A DNA stretch of 63,358 nucleotides, filler included, from 6 parts of 6 records of this genome joined end to end with filler, not necessarily neighbours in it, one strand, 5' to 3'; positions 34,736 to 49,110 are shown, counted from the first letter of the whole stretch. Notes: a model not told the origin generated them from the sequence alone. A program made the numbers and translations.

Positions 34736-37700
34736 TCAGCACAAGCGTTCCCTTATCTCGACATGGTTTGCCGGGAAGTAACCTAGATGCTCTGCTTGGC
34801 TGTAATCCGTGCCGATATGTCCACGCAGCCACGGCTCGTCACCCTCCACGCCCTCGACCACCACCAGCTGCTGACCCAACCGGAACGAGAGCTGCGTCTC
34901 GCGATCTTCTGCTGCGAAGTCGCGCGTCGATGTCGCACACCAGAACTTGTGGCGTGGCGTCACCTCAGGAGAAAGGGTGTGATACATTCCCGGAGGTACG
35001 TCATAACCGCCGTCCGGGTAACCTGCACCGATGAAGGTTCCAATCGGTGCAGGTGCGGACCACAGTGCTCCGTCGTCGCCCTGTTTCCAGAAGCCCTTGT
35101 CTTGCCAGATCTGGCGCGCCTTTCGTAAACTGCGTGGCTGGAGCAGTGCCCGGTGGACGACGCGATAGTCAGGAAACTGCGGCGGCACAATCAATCCTGA
35201 GCCATCGACGGCTGGTTTTTCTGTCGTCACGACATGGCCAATGCACGCGTAGTCGTCCGAGGGCGGCACCGCCTCCCAGACGTAAATTCGAGTTTTGACC
35301 TTCTTCTTCTTCACCCAAACCAACTTCAGCTTCGCAGGGCGCGCCAACAATTCCGGGTGATCGGCGCTGCAGATCAGCAATTCGCTGCCAGCAACTGGTG
35401 GCTCGTGACCAGTCGTAGCCAAGTCACCAAAGAAGACTCCACCTTCTGGTAGCTGTGGGCGCCAAATTGAAGACTCGTCGTCAGCGCCTGACTTGGTGGA
35501 GTCCCAGACTTTTGAGAACTCGTTGGAAAAACCAAAGCCTGGATCTACTATCGCCATCGAGTCAAACTTGGCCTTCGACGCTCGCTCGATGTCAGCTGCG
35601 GACTGGTCATCGAGCGGATTGATGAAAAATTCGTCAGACTTAAGAGTGTAGAAGGTTTCGTGTGGTGGGGTGTGCCGCTGTGCTGCAGCCATCATGCCCT
35701 CGGCGTTTGTCCTCCAGATCGCACCAGCGCGCCCGCCGCTGCCGGCATCGTTCCAGATCTGCGTGACCTCTTCCGTCACCGGCTTGACCCATGCCCTGGG
35801 TATGCAGCGGATGGACTCAACCGGCGGGTCCTCCGGAGTCGTCGTGCATACAACTCCAAGACTGACAAACCGTTTGGACGGAGGGACTGGTTTCCAGCAA
35901 TACAACTCCTCCTTGCCGGTCTGTTTGTTCCATTGTTGGTGGAATCGTTTCGGGTGAGGCATATAGCGCGCCAGCACGTCCTTGATGTGCTCCGAGGTGC
36001 GACCGATCCCAGTGGCCTTGGTATCGCGAATTCGTAGCACAGCACATCCAGACTCCTTCAGCGGCGCCCTGTCGCCCCCAGTGGCGTAGTAACCGACGCA
36101 GGCGGTCTGCGCATGAGAATGATCTCCCGACGACTCTGCTCCACCCTCAGAAGGGCGCCAGATACTTACGAGCGTCCGAGCGCCAGTGCCCTCGCTCGTC
36201 CAAACTCGCTTGAAGTCGCCGCTCGAGTCGATGGACTTGACCTTGACCTTGAAACCGCGCACGGCTTCTTCCGCAATCTCAACAGTCACCTCTTCGGACG
36301 CAAGGGCCGCGTTAAGCTCAGGGATCTGGTCCTGAGGAACATCCACCTCCGACGACATTGTTGAAGCGGCGTCGGGTGCTGCGTCGAAGAGTGCTAGGAT
36401 GTCGTCTTCGTCACCATTTTCGTAGAAACCGCTTTTAAAGTCGTAAAAGCTGAGGAACCCATCGCTGTCACTATCGATGGAGCGAACCACGGCGTGAACC
36501 TGTTCGACAGAAAGCTCGAGCCCTAGCCATTTCGAGGCGGAGTAGAGCTCTGAGCATGTCATTGCTCCATCTCCAAGCTTGTTGAATATCTGATAAGCCT
36601 CCTTGATGAACAGGCCTTTGGCCTTAATCAATTGCCGCAGCCGGTACCGCAGGGCCTTCAGCTCCAAGAATTCGTAGATGTCAGATGTATTTATGATCTG
36701 TGCCACCGGGCTGCTCTGCCACTTGCTCTGGGCTCGCCGCCTGCCTTGCAAGACCAGCTGAAACCAGTCGGCGCGTTCTCCACATGGTGTACCTTGCAGC
36801 GATCGGATGACATAGTTACGTTCCTGCTCGGTGAAGCCTGTCTGGGAATCGATGAAACGGAAGCAATTGTGGACGATCTCTGTCTGATACTTCGATTTCG
36901 CGACCGTAAATCCGGAAGACTTCTCGATGATGCCACCGCGACCAGTTGGTGAGACCGTATGCAGCGCAATCGCGGCAGATGAATCGGGAAGCAACGGTCT
37001 TTTTTGTCGCAAATGCATGACACCCCTCAGCGTTTCCGCTTCAGCGAGGCTCAGAGCCACGAAATGTCTTCCATCCTCAATCCTTAAGAATGATTGCTGC
37101 TCCATCATCAGCTTGATCAACTCGAACCCCATTTCCTTGCCAGCTTCCAGGTTCACAAGGACCTGTCTTGCCGCCTTTTTCCATGCCCGCTCGCGCTCGG
37201 CACGCTGAGGATTCGCATCATTCAGAACATCTGCTAGCACGTCAGGGACCCCACCAATGCTGGCGCCACTGCTGCGCTGCTGTTCCTTGTCCTGCTTTTG
37301 CCGCATCAGCATCGCCATAGGGCTGTTCCCTCCCATTTCAATTTCGACTGCCTTCTTGACCCGAGCAGGCTCTGCAAGGCCGTCAGAAGCGCTTGGGATG
37401 CCGGCCATGATCTCACGAACCAAACTATCGCGTGTACCCGCAACATCAACACCATTTGCACGCAACAGCTCGACCAGCTCACTGGAACTCAACGCGCCAG
37501 AATTGTTGGTGTCGAATAGGTCAAAAACACGCTTTAGCTGCGCAGTCTGCGACTCGCTCAGGGCCACATTCTCACTTCCAGAGCTTGCAGACAACAAGGT
37601 TGGGTCCGGCACGTATTCAAGCAGCATAATCACGTTCTTCAAACGTCGTTTGGCTCCACTCAGTGACCAGTGCGCTTTAAAGTAGTTCTGTGACATGTAC

Positions 37701-40700
37701 ATGTAGTTGGGGAATTTCAGTGTCTTGGCTGTATGGCCAGTCACTGTGCCCAGACCCTTGACAGCGACTTCAAACTCTGAGCTCGGATAGAAGTTCTGAG
37801 GTCCTGCTTTTAATGCCCCACCCTGCTCCATGATAATTGGTGGTTGCCGCAAACCATCCAATTTCCAACTCTGCACGTGCTCGTCATCACGAACATACTT
37901 GGCCTTCATTGGTTCTTCAACCTCGGCCTCCACCTCCAGCTCTTGCTCTTGCTCCTGCTCTTGCTCTTGCTCTTGCTCCTGCTCCTGCTCTTGCTCCTGC
38001 TCCTGCTCTTGCTCGCCACCGAAGGCCTTCTCCTTCGCCACACCGTCTGGCCCTGTACCATCAGCATCGCTACCAGCAGTCTGCTTCTCCGCAGTACTGA
38101 CGAGGCGTTTTATTTCTGATGCAATTGCATCCTCATCTGGATGTTGGACGAACCCTTCTGCTTTTTTTTCGGCAACCATGTTCCCAATCTTCTCAGCGAA
38201 GCCCTCGGCACTTGGGATTGAGTTTTCTACAGCAAAGTCCACCGGTTCACGGAAGACGTTGATGCAGCTGTATGTGAAGTCGTCGCATTGCGCTGTGCCA
38301 ACCGTCTCGCGATGCTCCATTAAGTGGCGGTAGGCTGCCTTGCGCCAGACATTCTTGACACTCTGTTCGCACAGCAAGTTGAATTGCACTTTCTCTGAAC
38401 GCATTCCATTGACTACGAGCCAAGCACACACATCAGTTATCACGCGTTTATGCTGTTGATGAGGCGACAGCGCGTTAAACAGCCTCTGGAGCGTCTCTGG
38501 AGTCTTTCCTTCACCCCGTGCAACTTGAGTCTTGATTAGCTTATTCACCTCAGGGGTGATGTACAAGTGGATCGTCTGCCCCTGCCCAATGCCCCGCATT
38601 CTATAGGTCCCTTGTGCGTAATCTCGAAATGTCATATCTTTTCCGAGTGTGCACACTGCTTTTGCGTTCAGAACCTGTTTGATGTCCATACCCGTCGTGT
38701 GACACTGGTCGTAGAAAGTAAAACGCTTGCCCCACGGCACTCCACACTGCTCGAGTTTCATCACTTTCATGCCGTCGCGCAGCAGGATCATCTTGCGATC
38801 CAGCTCGTCCAGATACACAGCCCCGTCCATCATGGGCAGGCCGTGGTCGAGCAAATACTTCGCCACTTGGAAGTTTGTCAACCCAGTAATTAACGCGCCT
38901 GTGTCAATCAATGCATGATAGCTGCCAGCGGCAATCTTGTCTAGCATTCTCAGAGGAGTCCAGTCGCTACTCAACACTTCGTATGTCATAAAGTCTGGGT
39001 GAGAGAGGACATGCATGACTTTAGCATCATCGCCTTCTGCATAGTTGCAAGGCTTCAGCTCAACTGGCAAGAGATCACTTGGAGTTCCTGAGAAGCCGTA
39101 CCGGGCACCAAACACTAGGTCACCACCGATCTCCTGGCCGTTGGCAGTCAGGCGGGTCTCCTGAAACTCCATGGTCTCCGGGAAGATTAGCTCGTACAAA
39201 TACTCCTGGATCAAGTGTGGCTGCATTTTGAAGAGTGCATACAAAGGCTCACGATGCTGAGGATCTGCTAGGTCGATTAGCTGCAGCGGTAGCACGTTGT
39301 TCCGATCCTTTTCTTCCTGCGTCATATTACGTTCGTCCAACAAAACGACTGCATCTTTGTTGTGATTATCAAGGTACTCGGACTGCTGGCGTGCTGCCAC
39401 ACCTCGAACCCGTCCACCCGCAAGAGCAACCCAGCGCGCGAACTTGTGCCACGATTCTCGCTTGTTGTACGGTCCGGTCTCAGACTGCAGGTCTTCTTGT
39501 AGCTTCCGCATCAAGGCAACGAAGTCGTCAACCCGCATGCCTTCGAATCGATATGACAGAATTGAAAGTCCAATAATGATGTCGGGGTGAGAAAATTCAC
39601 TTGCTTCACTAGGCACATCCTTTCCAATAAATGGCACAGCAAGAACAGTGCGCGAGCGTGGCATCCTCGGATGTGTCCTTTGCGACCTGACAATATCTTC
39701 AGCGCTAAGTAAGCCATAGCTTACGCGATTGATTTTGCTGATGATGAACGGTAGAAGTGCAGTGAGCCAGTCACGACTGATGTTCAGCATTTTGAAGTCC
39801 TCATCAGAGCAGCGCTCATGAACAATCTCCGTGACTTTTGAACTTCGGCCTTGCATCAAGTATTCATATAGTATATCCTCCGTGAGGCCCGGATCTTTGC
39901 AGCGCTTTTGCATCAACCAGATCAGGATCCATTTGGTCAGCAACGGACGCAACTCAGCATCATAGAATTCACGGCTTAGAATGTGAATGTGCGGTGTCAG
40001 CTGCATGTTTTTCTCTTGGCAACCTTTCGCTATGGTTTCGCTGAGGGTGTTGAGCACAGCCACAGCTTTGCGCTCGCCAAGGTCCACAGTCATACGTTTT
40101 TCTGTATAATAGAGCATTGCATCAAAAAGTACAAACGGTACTTGCCAGCGGAGGCCCAATGCCGAGCGGTTGGTGGTCAAGTCCAGAGGTTTCTTGTCAC
40201 CGAGTGGCCAGTTCAGCTCACTCCGAAGTGGGTGTAGGATCATGTCAACTTCATCCAAAAGCAACACGCCCGTCTGAAACACGTCCAAAATTTTGGTTGC
40301 AAACTCACACTGAGTCCTCATATCTTTCAAGTCTGCCTGGTCATATTCCCTTGCTGTCCTCGCGTCTGCCAGACCAAGCTTTTTTGTGAAGCCACCAAAC
40401 AGACTGGTGGACTGGGCTCCATCTTCCTTGTCTGCGATCGACTCATAGTCCAAGATGCTCAACATTTCGATAATTTTGATGACAAATGATTTAACTGCTG
40501 TTGGAGTTGAACAAACTACCGCGCGCTTGTCGCGAGCTCTGATGAGCTTGTTGTACAGCTCTGGCGTTGTTCTTGTGCGGCGTTCAAATGTGAACGTGTA
40601 CACTGACTTGATGGTTATAGCCGCAAAGGCCGCCCGCATTACTCCACGAGACATATCAAGGAGTGCTCCTGGTACTACCTGTGTCACCAGGCGATCGCCA

Positions 40701-43700
40701 TCTGCAAATGCAAGAGCTAAAAGCGGCGCGACAACGGTAGTCTTGCCTGCGCCCATAATCATCTGATGGCACAAGGACTTGCCGTTCTCAGCTGCTGACA
40801 TAAATTTTCGAACGAGCTCGTACTGTTGCTTGCGCAAAATGAAGCCGATCATAAATTCAAAAATTATGAACTTGGGGTCGTAGTGCAGTCTGCCGCTCGT
40901 GTCAGTGTGCACGCAGTGCCTCTGAGTCGTCAAAAATGTGGCCAGTGTTCCAGCAGTGAGTAAAATGTCTTGGAAGAGTATTTCTGGGTCCTCCCCACCG
41001 CTCAGTGGCAAGTTCTGGATGGACTTGATAATCTTTTTCGTCATCCCTTGGCAACGCAAGGCATGCCCAAGCCTGCACACTGCCAACAATACGCCCACGA
41101 CAAGATCCTGAATAGTCTGAATGGAATTGGGCGTCAAAGATGGGTTCATGTCTTCCAAATCTTGGTCGCCGGAAGAGCTCAACAGCAGGCCAATCAACAG
41201 CTCAAAGTCGATAGTGGGCTCGTCGCCACTCTCCTCGCCCAGCAAAAATGCCTGTTGCTGCCGCAAGATGATTTCGGCCGAGCCACCCAGTGCTATAGTG
41301 CTATTGGCTAAAGCTGTGCAATGGTCAAGAGCTGCTGCGATATACTCGCGATCGTGCGCAACCAGTTCGTCAAGGCCTTGCTCCAACTTTTGTAGACTAG
41401 AAACGGCCACATCAACATGCGGCCCTGGCTCGGCCACGATGCGCCGGATATCAGCATCGAGCATATACTTCATTTTGGGAGTCCGACTCGCGTTTTCTTT
41501 TTCAGCGAAAAACTTAGTGTCATTAGTCAGACGATCATTCATCTGTTTCGCGACGTGTGATTGAGCTGATTGGTGCTTTGTGACATTGAACGGAAGCTTG
41601 GCATCAATGGGTTTCAGTCCTCGGTCTACTTGGGTGAGAGTTACACAGTATCGGTCAAGACCAATTGGAGCTAGCACATCCGAAGCGTGGGCATCAACCT
41701 CCCTTTTGGTCAACCCAGCAGCAGGGCCTGCCTGACTCGCGCATCGAAAGTTGCGCAAGAAGTGGTGGGTCCTCGCAAAATCAGGCACACGCGGACAAAC
41801 AGCTGACCTATCGACCTTCTTGAGTGTGTTGGCGCCCGGCATGATAAAAATCGGCGGCGAGAACCTGTGACTTGCGTGGTCCTTGTCATCGCTGAACAAA
41901 TGCCAATCGGTCTTCGGCCCCGCGTACGCCTCAAGGTCATTAATGTCACCGGCACGCTCCTGTATACATGTCACAACGCTGTCCAGAAACTGACCTCTAG
42001 CTTTCTTCGATCCCATGAGCGCCCCAAGTCCACCGCCCGATTCCTCGACATATGGTGGCGCAGAAGCAGTTAGACCAGGGCTGCTATCCATTGCACGTAA
42101 AATTGCAATCAGCAATCCAGACTGTGTGTCGCCCTCTGGTAGAAGCCGGAGCAAAACAGACCCCAAGCGCGCTGGTGCTTCTTGCACAGACAGCTGGCAG
42201 GGCAAACACCCAGTCAGCAGCTCGTAGAAGAACAGGAAGCCAAGCCCATCAACTGTGCTTGTCAAAGTCAACCCTCCGTCGATCCACTTGTGCAGCAGAG
42301 TTGCAACGTGTCCCGATGTCCACGTCTCCGGGTCCTTCAACGGCCGGCGGTATGCCTGGAGTTTCGCCTTGTCAGTTACACCTGCTGTGGATGTCAAAAG
42401 ACTCGACCTGGCGGACTCGTCCAAAATTGCACTGTCAAAATGCAAACCCTGAGTACCACAGTGTTTCGGGGGGGCGGGGTACTGGACTGGCGCAAAAGTC
42501 TGGGTGTCAGTCTGAGCCAAAGACTTGGCAAAAGCCTCAAGGTACGCCTGCCGGTTGACAAGATGGAGTGGTTTCCTTTCATCAGGAACCTGGTAGATCA
42601 GATCGAACTCCTCCCTGTGCGTCAGTCGACATGCCGCACGAACGTGCTGACGAACAGCCACGTACATGCGAAGCTCAGTTTCCACATTCCAAACACAGGG
42701 CATTGCATCTTCACATCCCATAGTCACCAAGGACATTTTTAGCCTGCACGCGCAGGCGTCCGGGTGCGCGTCGTATTCAACCTGGGCAATCTGCTTCCAA
42801 ATTTGGCTTTCCTCGCCAGAAAGTTTAGTATCGCTCAGGCACGAATCGGCCAACTTAAATGCTGAGCCATACGATCCGGTAAACAGCCGCCAAACCATGA
42901 GATACATTGCTGATGCCAGCGTGGATGCAATCAAGTAAGTACCGGATAAATGAATCGGATACAGGTAATGGCGGACGTCACCGAGATTACTCAGCCAGTC
43001 CTGATCAGCTCTCTCCGTCAACACTGCGCCTTCAAATCGAACGGGCTTCGTCCCAGCAGGGACAAGAATGCTAAACTCATTCGCGGAGTTTTCGAGGAGT
43101 AAACTTGTTGGCAAACCATCCAATAAGTGTATCAGCAGAGGCGAACGGACGTCAGAAACGAACATACCGTTGTGGTCATTAGAATACAACCGAACTTCGC
43201 CGTTCTGTTCCTGGACAGAAAATGACAGCTGAAGGCGGGGCAGCTCAATCAAATCAACAGAGACGGCTGCTGCCCCCGGCTGTGAAGTACTCCACACCAG
43301 AATATGCGAAAAGTCTTCCAGTCGGAGCAGCAGCTTGCGCAACTGACTGCTGACCAGCCCGGAGTCTGGGCCCGACGATAACAGGTTTAGCAGTGTCAGA
43401 TTTCGTGTGCTGCTATCAATCTGGAAATCGTAAGCATCTTCCATGGTGACAGCAACTCGTGTAATCCTACTGGACGCCTGCGAGTTGCACATGCCAGACA
43501 TGTCAGGCTCGCTAGCACTCAGCAATTCCACCGTGATGATGGTCGTATTCACTGCGCCTTTACGCTTGTGTGGCAACGGATATCCAATCATGTCGTCAGC
43601 GTCATCCTGCCAGAACTCATAGTCACTCAGCAAAGCATCGGGCAAAATGCCGCGAAGAAAACGACGAGGTATGTACGTCTGAATGCCGAATGCAGACGTT

Positions 43701-46700
43701 ACATTCCTAGTCAGCGTAAGGGTGTGTTCGCGTTGCCAGGTCAACGCTGGATTGCTTATGACGTTGCCATCCACGTCTTTCACAACTTCCATCATACTAC
43801 CGGAATAGCTTCCAACCTGGTTGCCCAGTACAAATGGGTTCGGGGGCATATCATGCAAGCAGTTGACCGTACTAGAAGAAAATATTAGCTGCCTTTGCCA
43901 GCGCCGACCATACTCCACAATGTTGTACACGTGTACTGCTGGTGGGTCACGAATGACAACCAGTTCATGTAGTGGTTCATCCTGGTTCATCGGCGTGCCG
44001 TCGTTCGGGTCCTTCTCGAGCAAGAAAAATCCAGCAAGTCGCACAACATTGGCAGCCGAACCATCCTGAGGCTGAATGCCCAGGCGCATGCTATGTTGAT
44101 ACGGCTCAAGCCATGAGCTGAGCTGATCTGCCACCCATCTTTCACCGGACTTCAGGCCGCTTGGAAACGGCCTTGTGCAGTCGCTCAGCGGTCTTCCAAT
44201 AGCCATACCTGACTCTGACTTCGCAGGGCACCACGGTTCCCACCAGTGCACATCGTGACGTCGCCCGACCAGTCGCAGCCAAGTTCGGTTTTCTGTCTTT
44301 CGGACCGCAGCACATTGAATGGCAAACGATCCGGACTTTCCAAAGATCTCCTCAAAATCTTGGTGCTGAGATATCTGTGTAGGAAGCACCTGCATCGATT
44401 GCTTTCTCAGTGTAAACGTGCCGAGCTGCACATTGATCTCAGTCTCAACTTCTTGCGTCGTCATGAACACCAGCCAATCCTCATAACTTTCAAACTCCGG
44501 AGTCGGCTTTTTCTGTCGCGCCTCAATCTCCGTGTCCGGCTGAAAGCGGCCCGCGTAGCCTGGCTCTGGCGAACTTTGCCAGTGGCGCGGCGCCAAGTGT
44601 GCTGTGCTCAGCCCGGTGCCCTCATCTTTTTCGGCCTCTTGAATGTCAGTCATGGTCAGGGCGCGTTCGATTGCCTCCATCACGGCGTCACACTCTGATG
44701 GGTGCAATGTTAGCCATGCTAAGCATTTATTCTTGTGCCTCTGAAATAGATCGAACACTTCAGTCTGGTCTATTCCGAGGCCAGTCCCCAGCCCTTCGTC
44801 AGCGTGATCGGTACGTGATCCTGTGCCGTCGACAGCATCCATATCGAACTTGTAATTGTTGTGAAGGAACATCTGAGCTGTTAGAAGCGTCTGCACCGCT
44901 GTCTGGTCCAGGGTCAATTCTGTTACATTCTTCATCATAAACGCCAAATGCGTGTGAAGAATTGCTGTTTCCCTGACTAACTTGTCTTTGGTACAGCGTC
45001 TGCACCATCCAGAGACGAGGGGGAAGAAGTCAGACATAAGCCGTGTGCGAATCGTGGATTGGATGTTGCCGATTGACTTCAGGCCATGTGGCTCACACTC
45101 CAGGCCGCGCACAAAAGACCTTGCCGAGCAACCACTGTAATCATCTTGTACCCGCCATGCAGCATGTTCTAGCTGGCACATACAGAAGCCTTCGATGCGC
45201 ACCAGCAGTCGCAAAATGTACAATATATGTGGAGAAGAGTTCCATGAAAACTTTCCCTCGTCCATTTCAACCACGAAAGCAACCATCGCTTCAACAGCCT
45301 CGAGCAAAAGATCCGGGGCATATCTGAGCTCGTTGAACAGTAGCCCACAAGGAGTCGCTAGATGGTCGCGTGTCGACGACGGCACTGTCTGTGGTAGTGG
45401 CTTGTCTGGGTCGCGCTGCCACTCGCCCGGTTCGAAGAGACATGCATCCAATACAACCTGCAATTCATCCGAGGCAAGTGCAGTAATTCTCATCTGATCG
45501 CTGAAGAATTGCATCGCCAACGGGATTCGAAGATATGGTGCTGTTAGGTATTGCAGCAGCAGTTCGCTGTTTCGCCCTTGTAATCTGCCGTCGAAGGTCG
45601 GAAGGTGTCGCACGTGTAAGATGTCCTCCTCTGTGCGAACATCTTCGTCGACAAGATTACTTGGGTCTCCACCGCTCAGCGGTTTGCGAGGCTTCTTCCT
45701 CAGCCGCGCCATCAAACTACCCTTCTGTTTAGATTCCTCATCTTCTGATACAAATGCTGCACATTTGAGAGGCTGACCAAAACCGTTGACACTGAATTCT
45801 CCGTTACCCCTGTGAGCTTTGCCATTGTGCTGCCACCGCAAGGCAGCATCCCTGGGGCGCCATTTCTTCAACGGTGGCAACGCATCAGATGTTGGCACCA
45901 TGAACGCTTTGCAGAAGTACACGATGTCTCGGAAAAAAGCTAGCTCAGGAAAGCTATCTATCAGGTCGCGCTCCTCGTAGCAAAGATACTTTGCCAGGGT
46001 ATGGTCAATCTCAGCTTCACTCAACCGTCGGGCGAAGCCTGAGGCCAAGCATACTTGATCGAGCAAGCCAACCTCTCCATCACCCATCGTCATTGATTGT
46101 TCAAACCGAAAAATCGTGTGTGCTTCGTCTACAACACTACGCTGCTGGTGGAAGTAATCCAAGATTTGAGTCCGAGCAGTGTTGAGTTCCGGGTTACTGA
46201 AAACGGCTGTCTCCGTTTCCTTTTCGAAATGCCCCATTTGAAAGCCGTAAGGTTGCACTGGGCCATCAGCCTCACCAGAATAGTGCAAGCTTAGCACAGA
46301 CGGGTCGTCACATGCTGCGATGCGCATAATTGCGTCTGACACACAAGCCATGCAGCCCATGACTAGCATCCTTACGGCATCAAACGAGCGTGTCGCGTTC
46401 AGAGAAAGTGATGCTGACGAGTAGTGCCGACATAGCATGTCCAAAGACCGAAGCATGTCGGCTTGATCAACGTACAACAACGGCTGAGCACTCCAGAAGC
46501 ATCGTCTTTCTCGCTCTGGGTGATTATGCGGCAGCGGTAATGGTATCACACGTGTGAACAGGTGCTGAATGAGCGCCACACGTTGCAGATACGAGTTCTG
46601 CACGATGTTTCGTTGGTTGTCCAACCGAGTGCACAACTTAACGCATGTTCTTAAGGCAGCACCCGCTTCGCGATTGTTCGTGACTTTGTCCAGCATGCTG

Positions 46701-48980
46701 GTCAGTTCAACTGGTAGCTCGACCTGAGGTTTCGCACCACCGCCCTCTAGGGCATCAGCGGAGACATCTCTGCGTAACCGTCCAAAGAGCGGAAACTGTG
46801 ACGTTTCTGACGGAAGATTGCCGAGAAGTGAGACGTCTAGCATCGGTGGTTCGTGCGCGTGCACTAGTGAGTCCACTTTGTTTTCGATGCCTTGTGTCGA
46901 CTCATGTATCTTGGACAGTTGCTCGCTGTTGACTTCAGAAAATTCTTCACGGCCTGCTTCTTGCGCATATTTTGCCATCTGGTGACATGCAGTTTCAATC
47001 AACATGGCATCTGATTCTTGAATAGGTGATATATTCAAGTCCTGCTCAGTCCACCTGATCAAAGTCACACGAAGAAACACGGTGACGCATTGAGCCTGTG
47101 ACGGCAGCAGCCCTGACCATATTAGTGTGTGCCGGACACCTTCGAGGACAGCCTGAAAGTGAGATACGTCGCCAGAGCTTGGTGGTGCCGGCCAGTTCCC
47201 AGAAAACACCTTGTGCATCCCTTCATATCCAAACTTGTTCGCCAGCAAGGGTTTTCGGTTCAACATTGGCAAAATCTTTTCGTAAAAGTGCGCTGGCCCA
47301 TTGTTTTTCGATGGGAAGACCAACATGCGGAACGCAACAAACCAGAAAGAGATGCTTGTGACGAGTTCAGAACAGAGATCATATAAGGCCACGGACTGTG
47401 CCTGCAATAGATCTCCAGTGGTGGTGTCCGGGGCCATCGGTAGGTATCCGTGACTTCCCGAGCCCGTGTGGCACGCTGCCAGCGCAAACTTTCCGTCGGG
47501 ACGACGATGTAGCACCAAAGGGAGTGCAACTCCCTTCTGTCCCCCCCTACCACCTGTAGCCCACCCACCGGGTAGGAAGACAGAATCACCCGTGCTCATT
47601 TGCGAGATATGCTGAACCACCGTCTCTAAGTACACACAGAAGCGAGTGCCATCACGACTGTAGGCCGGCAGCCCACTGATAAGACTCATTGAACCCGTCA
47701 GAGCGGATGCAGCCTGCTGCAACGCCGTGCACGCCACGCATGAACCCGCCAGGTGCATCATTGCTTTGCCTACCAGATCCATCGATGCATACAGGTTCGA
47801 TACTCCAGGAGGGAACTTTTCGTGTCGTGCAGCTGTGGTCTCTGTTGAATCGGCCAGAGCATCCAGAAATGCAGGGTGTCGCCAAACTGGTGCAGTAACA
47901 GCTGCAACGCTCGCGCGGACGCCACTTTCCTCATCTATACCGCTATCTTGAGCGGATGGAGGCAGGCCTGCACTTGCACGCACAGCATCGTTGCTGGCCG
48001 CGGCGTTGGCCATTGCTCTGGAGTCTTCATTCGACGCAAGCAAGAAAACGTCTTTCGGGTCAGGTTGCTTTCCACTTGCCTTGGCTGATGCTACCCGCAT
48101 ACTTGCGTCTCGAATGTCCTTGTTGCCCATAGCCTTGGCCGCAGTATCGCGAACAGCCTTATCGCCCAACAACGCGCCTCCGGGCATAGCTGCTACTTGC
48201 CCACTTGCAGACGTATCTACGGCCTTACCAATAAACGTCAGCATTTCTAAGGCGGGTGTTGGGCCGGTGGGTGTGGTGACCACTGCATCGAGGTTCAAAC
48301 AGTCAACTGCTGTTGCTACGAACGCCGGACGAATGAAATGAAAATCTGCCTCATCCCCGTCAAGTTGCCCCAAAGCAGCAACCACATCTGCCATGCAGTG
48401 CACTTCGGTGCTGTTCACCCCTATTAGCATGTGTCCGCGCTTGACTCCCGCTGCAACAGCAGGTGGTGCACCTTTTTCTGCCAAATCAATGAAATGGGCC
48501 ACCACAGGGTACTCCAGGTGCTCCTTGAGGCCGAGGCAAAACCCCAGTCCGGGAACCTTTTTCAACCGAGTCGACAGAGCCTCGCTTCCTTGGAGAGAGC
48601 CGGCCCATGGGTCAGGTGGAGCCGTGGTGCTGGGCTCTCCAAAATAGTTGGACTCATCATCAATCTGCACACCTTCCACTTGTGCGACGCCTGCTGTAAA
48701 GCTGCGACCTCGAACCAAGATGCTCCCAGCACTGATCTCCACGGCATCGTCTTCCGCGTCGGCTGCTGCGAACCATTTCTTGATGCTCATACGCGCCTCT
48801 TTGCTAAGAACGGACTTGTCAACCGGCCGATCGGGTCGCCGCACCACTGGCGGAGGAGGTGGAGCTGGAGCTTGAGCTGGAGCGGAAGCAGCCCTAGTAG
48901 CCAGCTGCTCTGGCTCCGGCCCTGGCTCTGGGCCTGATCTTGGGCTCGGCTGCGGCTCCGGCTCCGGCTCGGGCTCCGGC
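34736..48980 (-). CDS. Giant (>4700 aa) DUF3638/DUF3645 P-loop protein with PDZ, EF-hands, Vps62-like repeats and a C-terminal SH3; 5'-partial
   Basis: Uninterrupted ORF, open to the contig edge (PEPEPE...). HQMIMGAGKTTVVAPLL (Walker A, DUF3638), LLLDEVD, LAVPFIGKDVPSEASEFSHPD (DUF3645), GFSGT, QGTYRMR. EF loops DTNNSGALSSSE and DSDSDGFLSFYD. SIWRP/WKPVPP/IWND repeats. SH3 motifs QLSF..G, WLRG, GYFPANHVE. PDZ-like PGLGFCL...AAGVKRG. Confidence 0.88.
37939..38014 (-). repeat. (Glu-Gln)n coding hexanucleotide repeat
   Basis: (GAGCAR)n encoding about 12 EQ units within the giant ORF. Confidence 0.9.
48930..48980 (-). repeat. Degenerate (GAGCCG)n Glu-Pro coding repeat at contig end; similar tracts at 1-21 and 31670-31699
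   Basis: Repeated GGCTCC/GGCTCG units abutting the spacer, in frame with the giant ORF. Confidence 0.85.
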
Positions 48981-49080
48981 NNNNNNNNNNNNNNNNNNNN
49001 NNNNNNNNNNNNNNNNNNNNNNNNTTAATTAATTAANNNNNNNNNNNNNNNNNNNNNNNNNNNNNNNNNNNNNNNNNNNN
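48981..49080. other. Artificial contig-joining spacer
   Basis: N44-TTAATTAATTAA-N44. Confidence 0.99.
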
Positions 49081-49110
49081 TGGCTGTTTGGCTGTTTGGC
49101 TGTTTGGCTG
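49081..49110 (+). repeat. (TGGCTGTT)n 8-bp tandem repeat at contig start
   Basis: TGGCTGTT x3 plus a partial copy. Confidence 0.85.

Noticed and set aside
37830-38333. ORFs with poly-(SC), poly-L or (AP/AL) tracts
   Set aside because: Alternative-frame readings of the EQ-coding repeat on the opposite strand.
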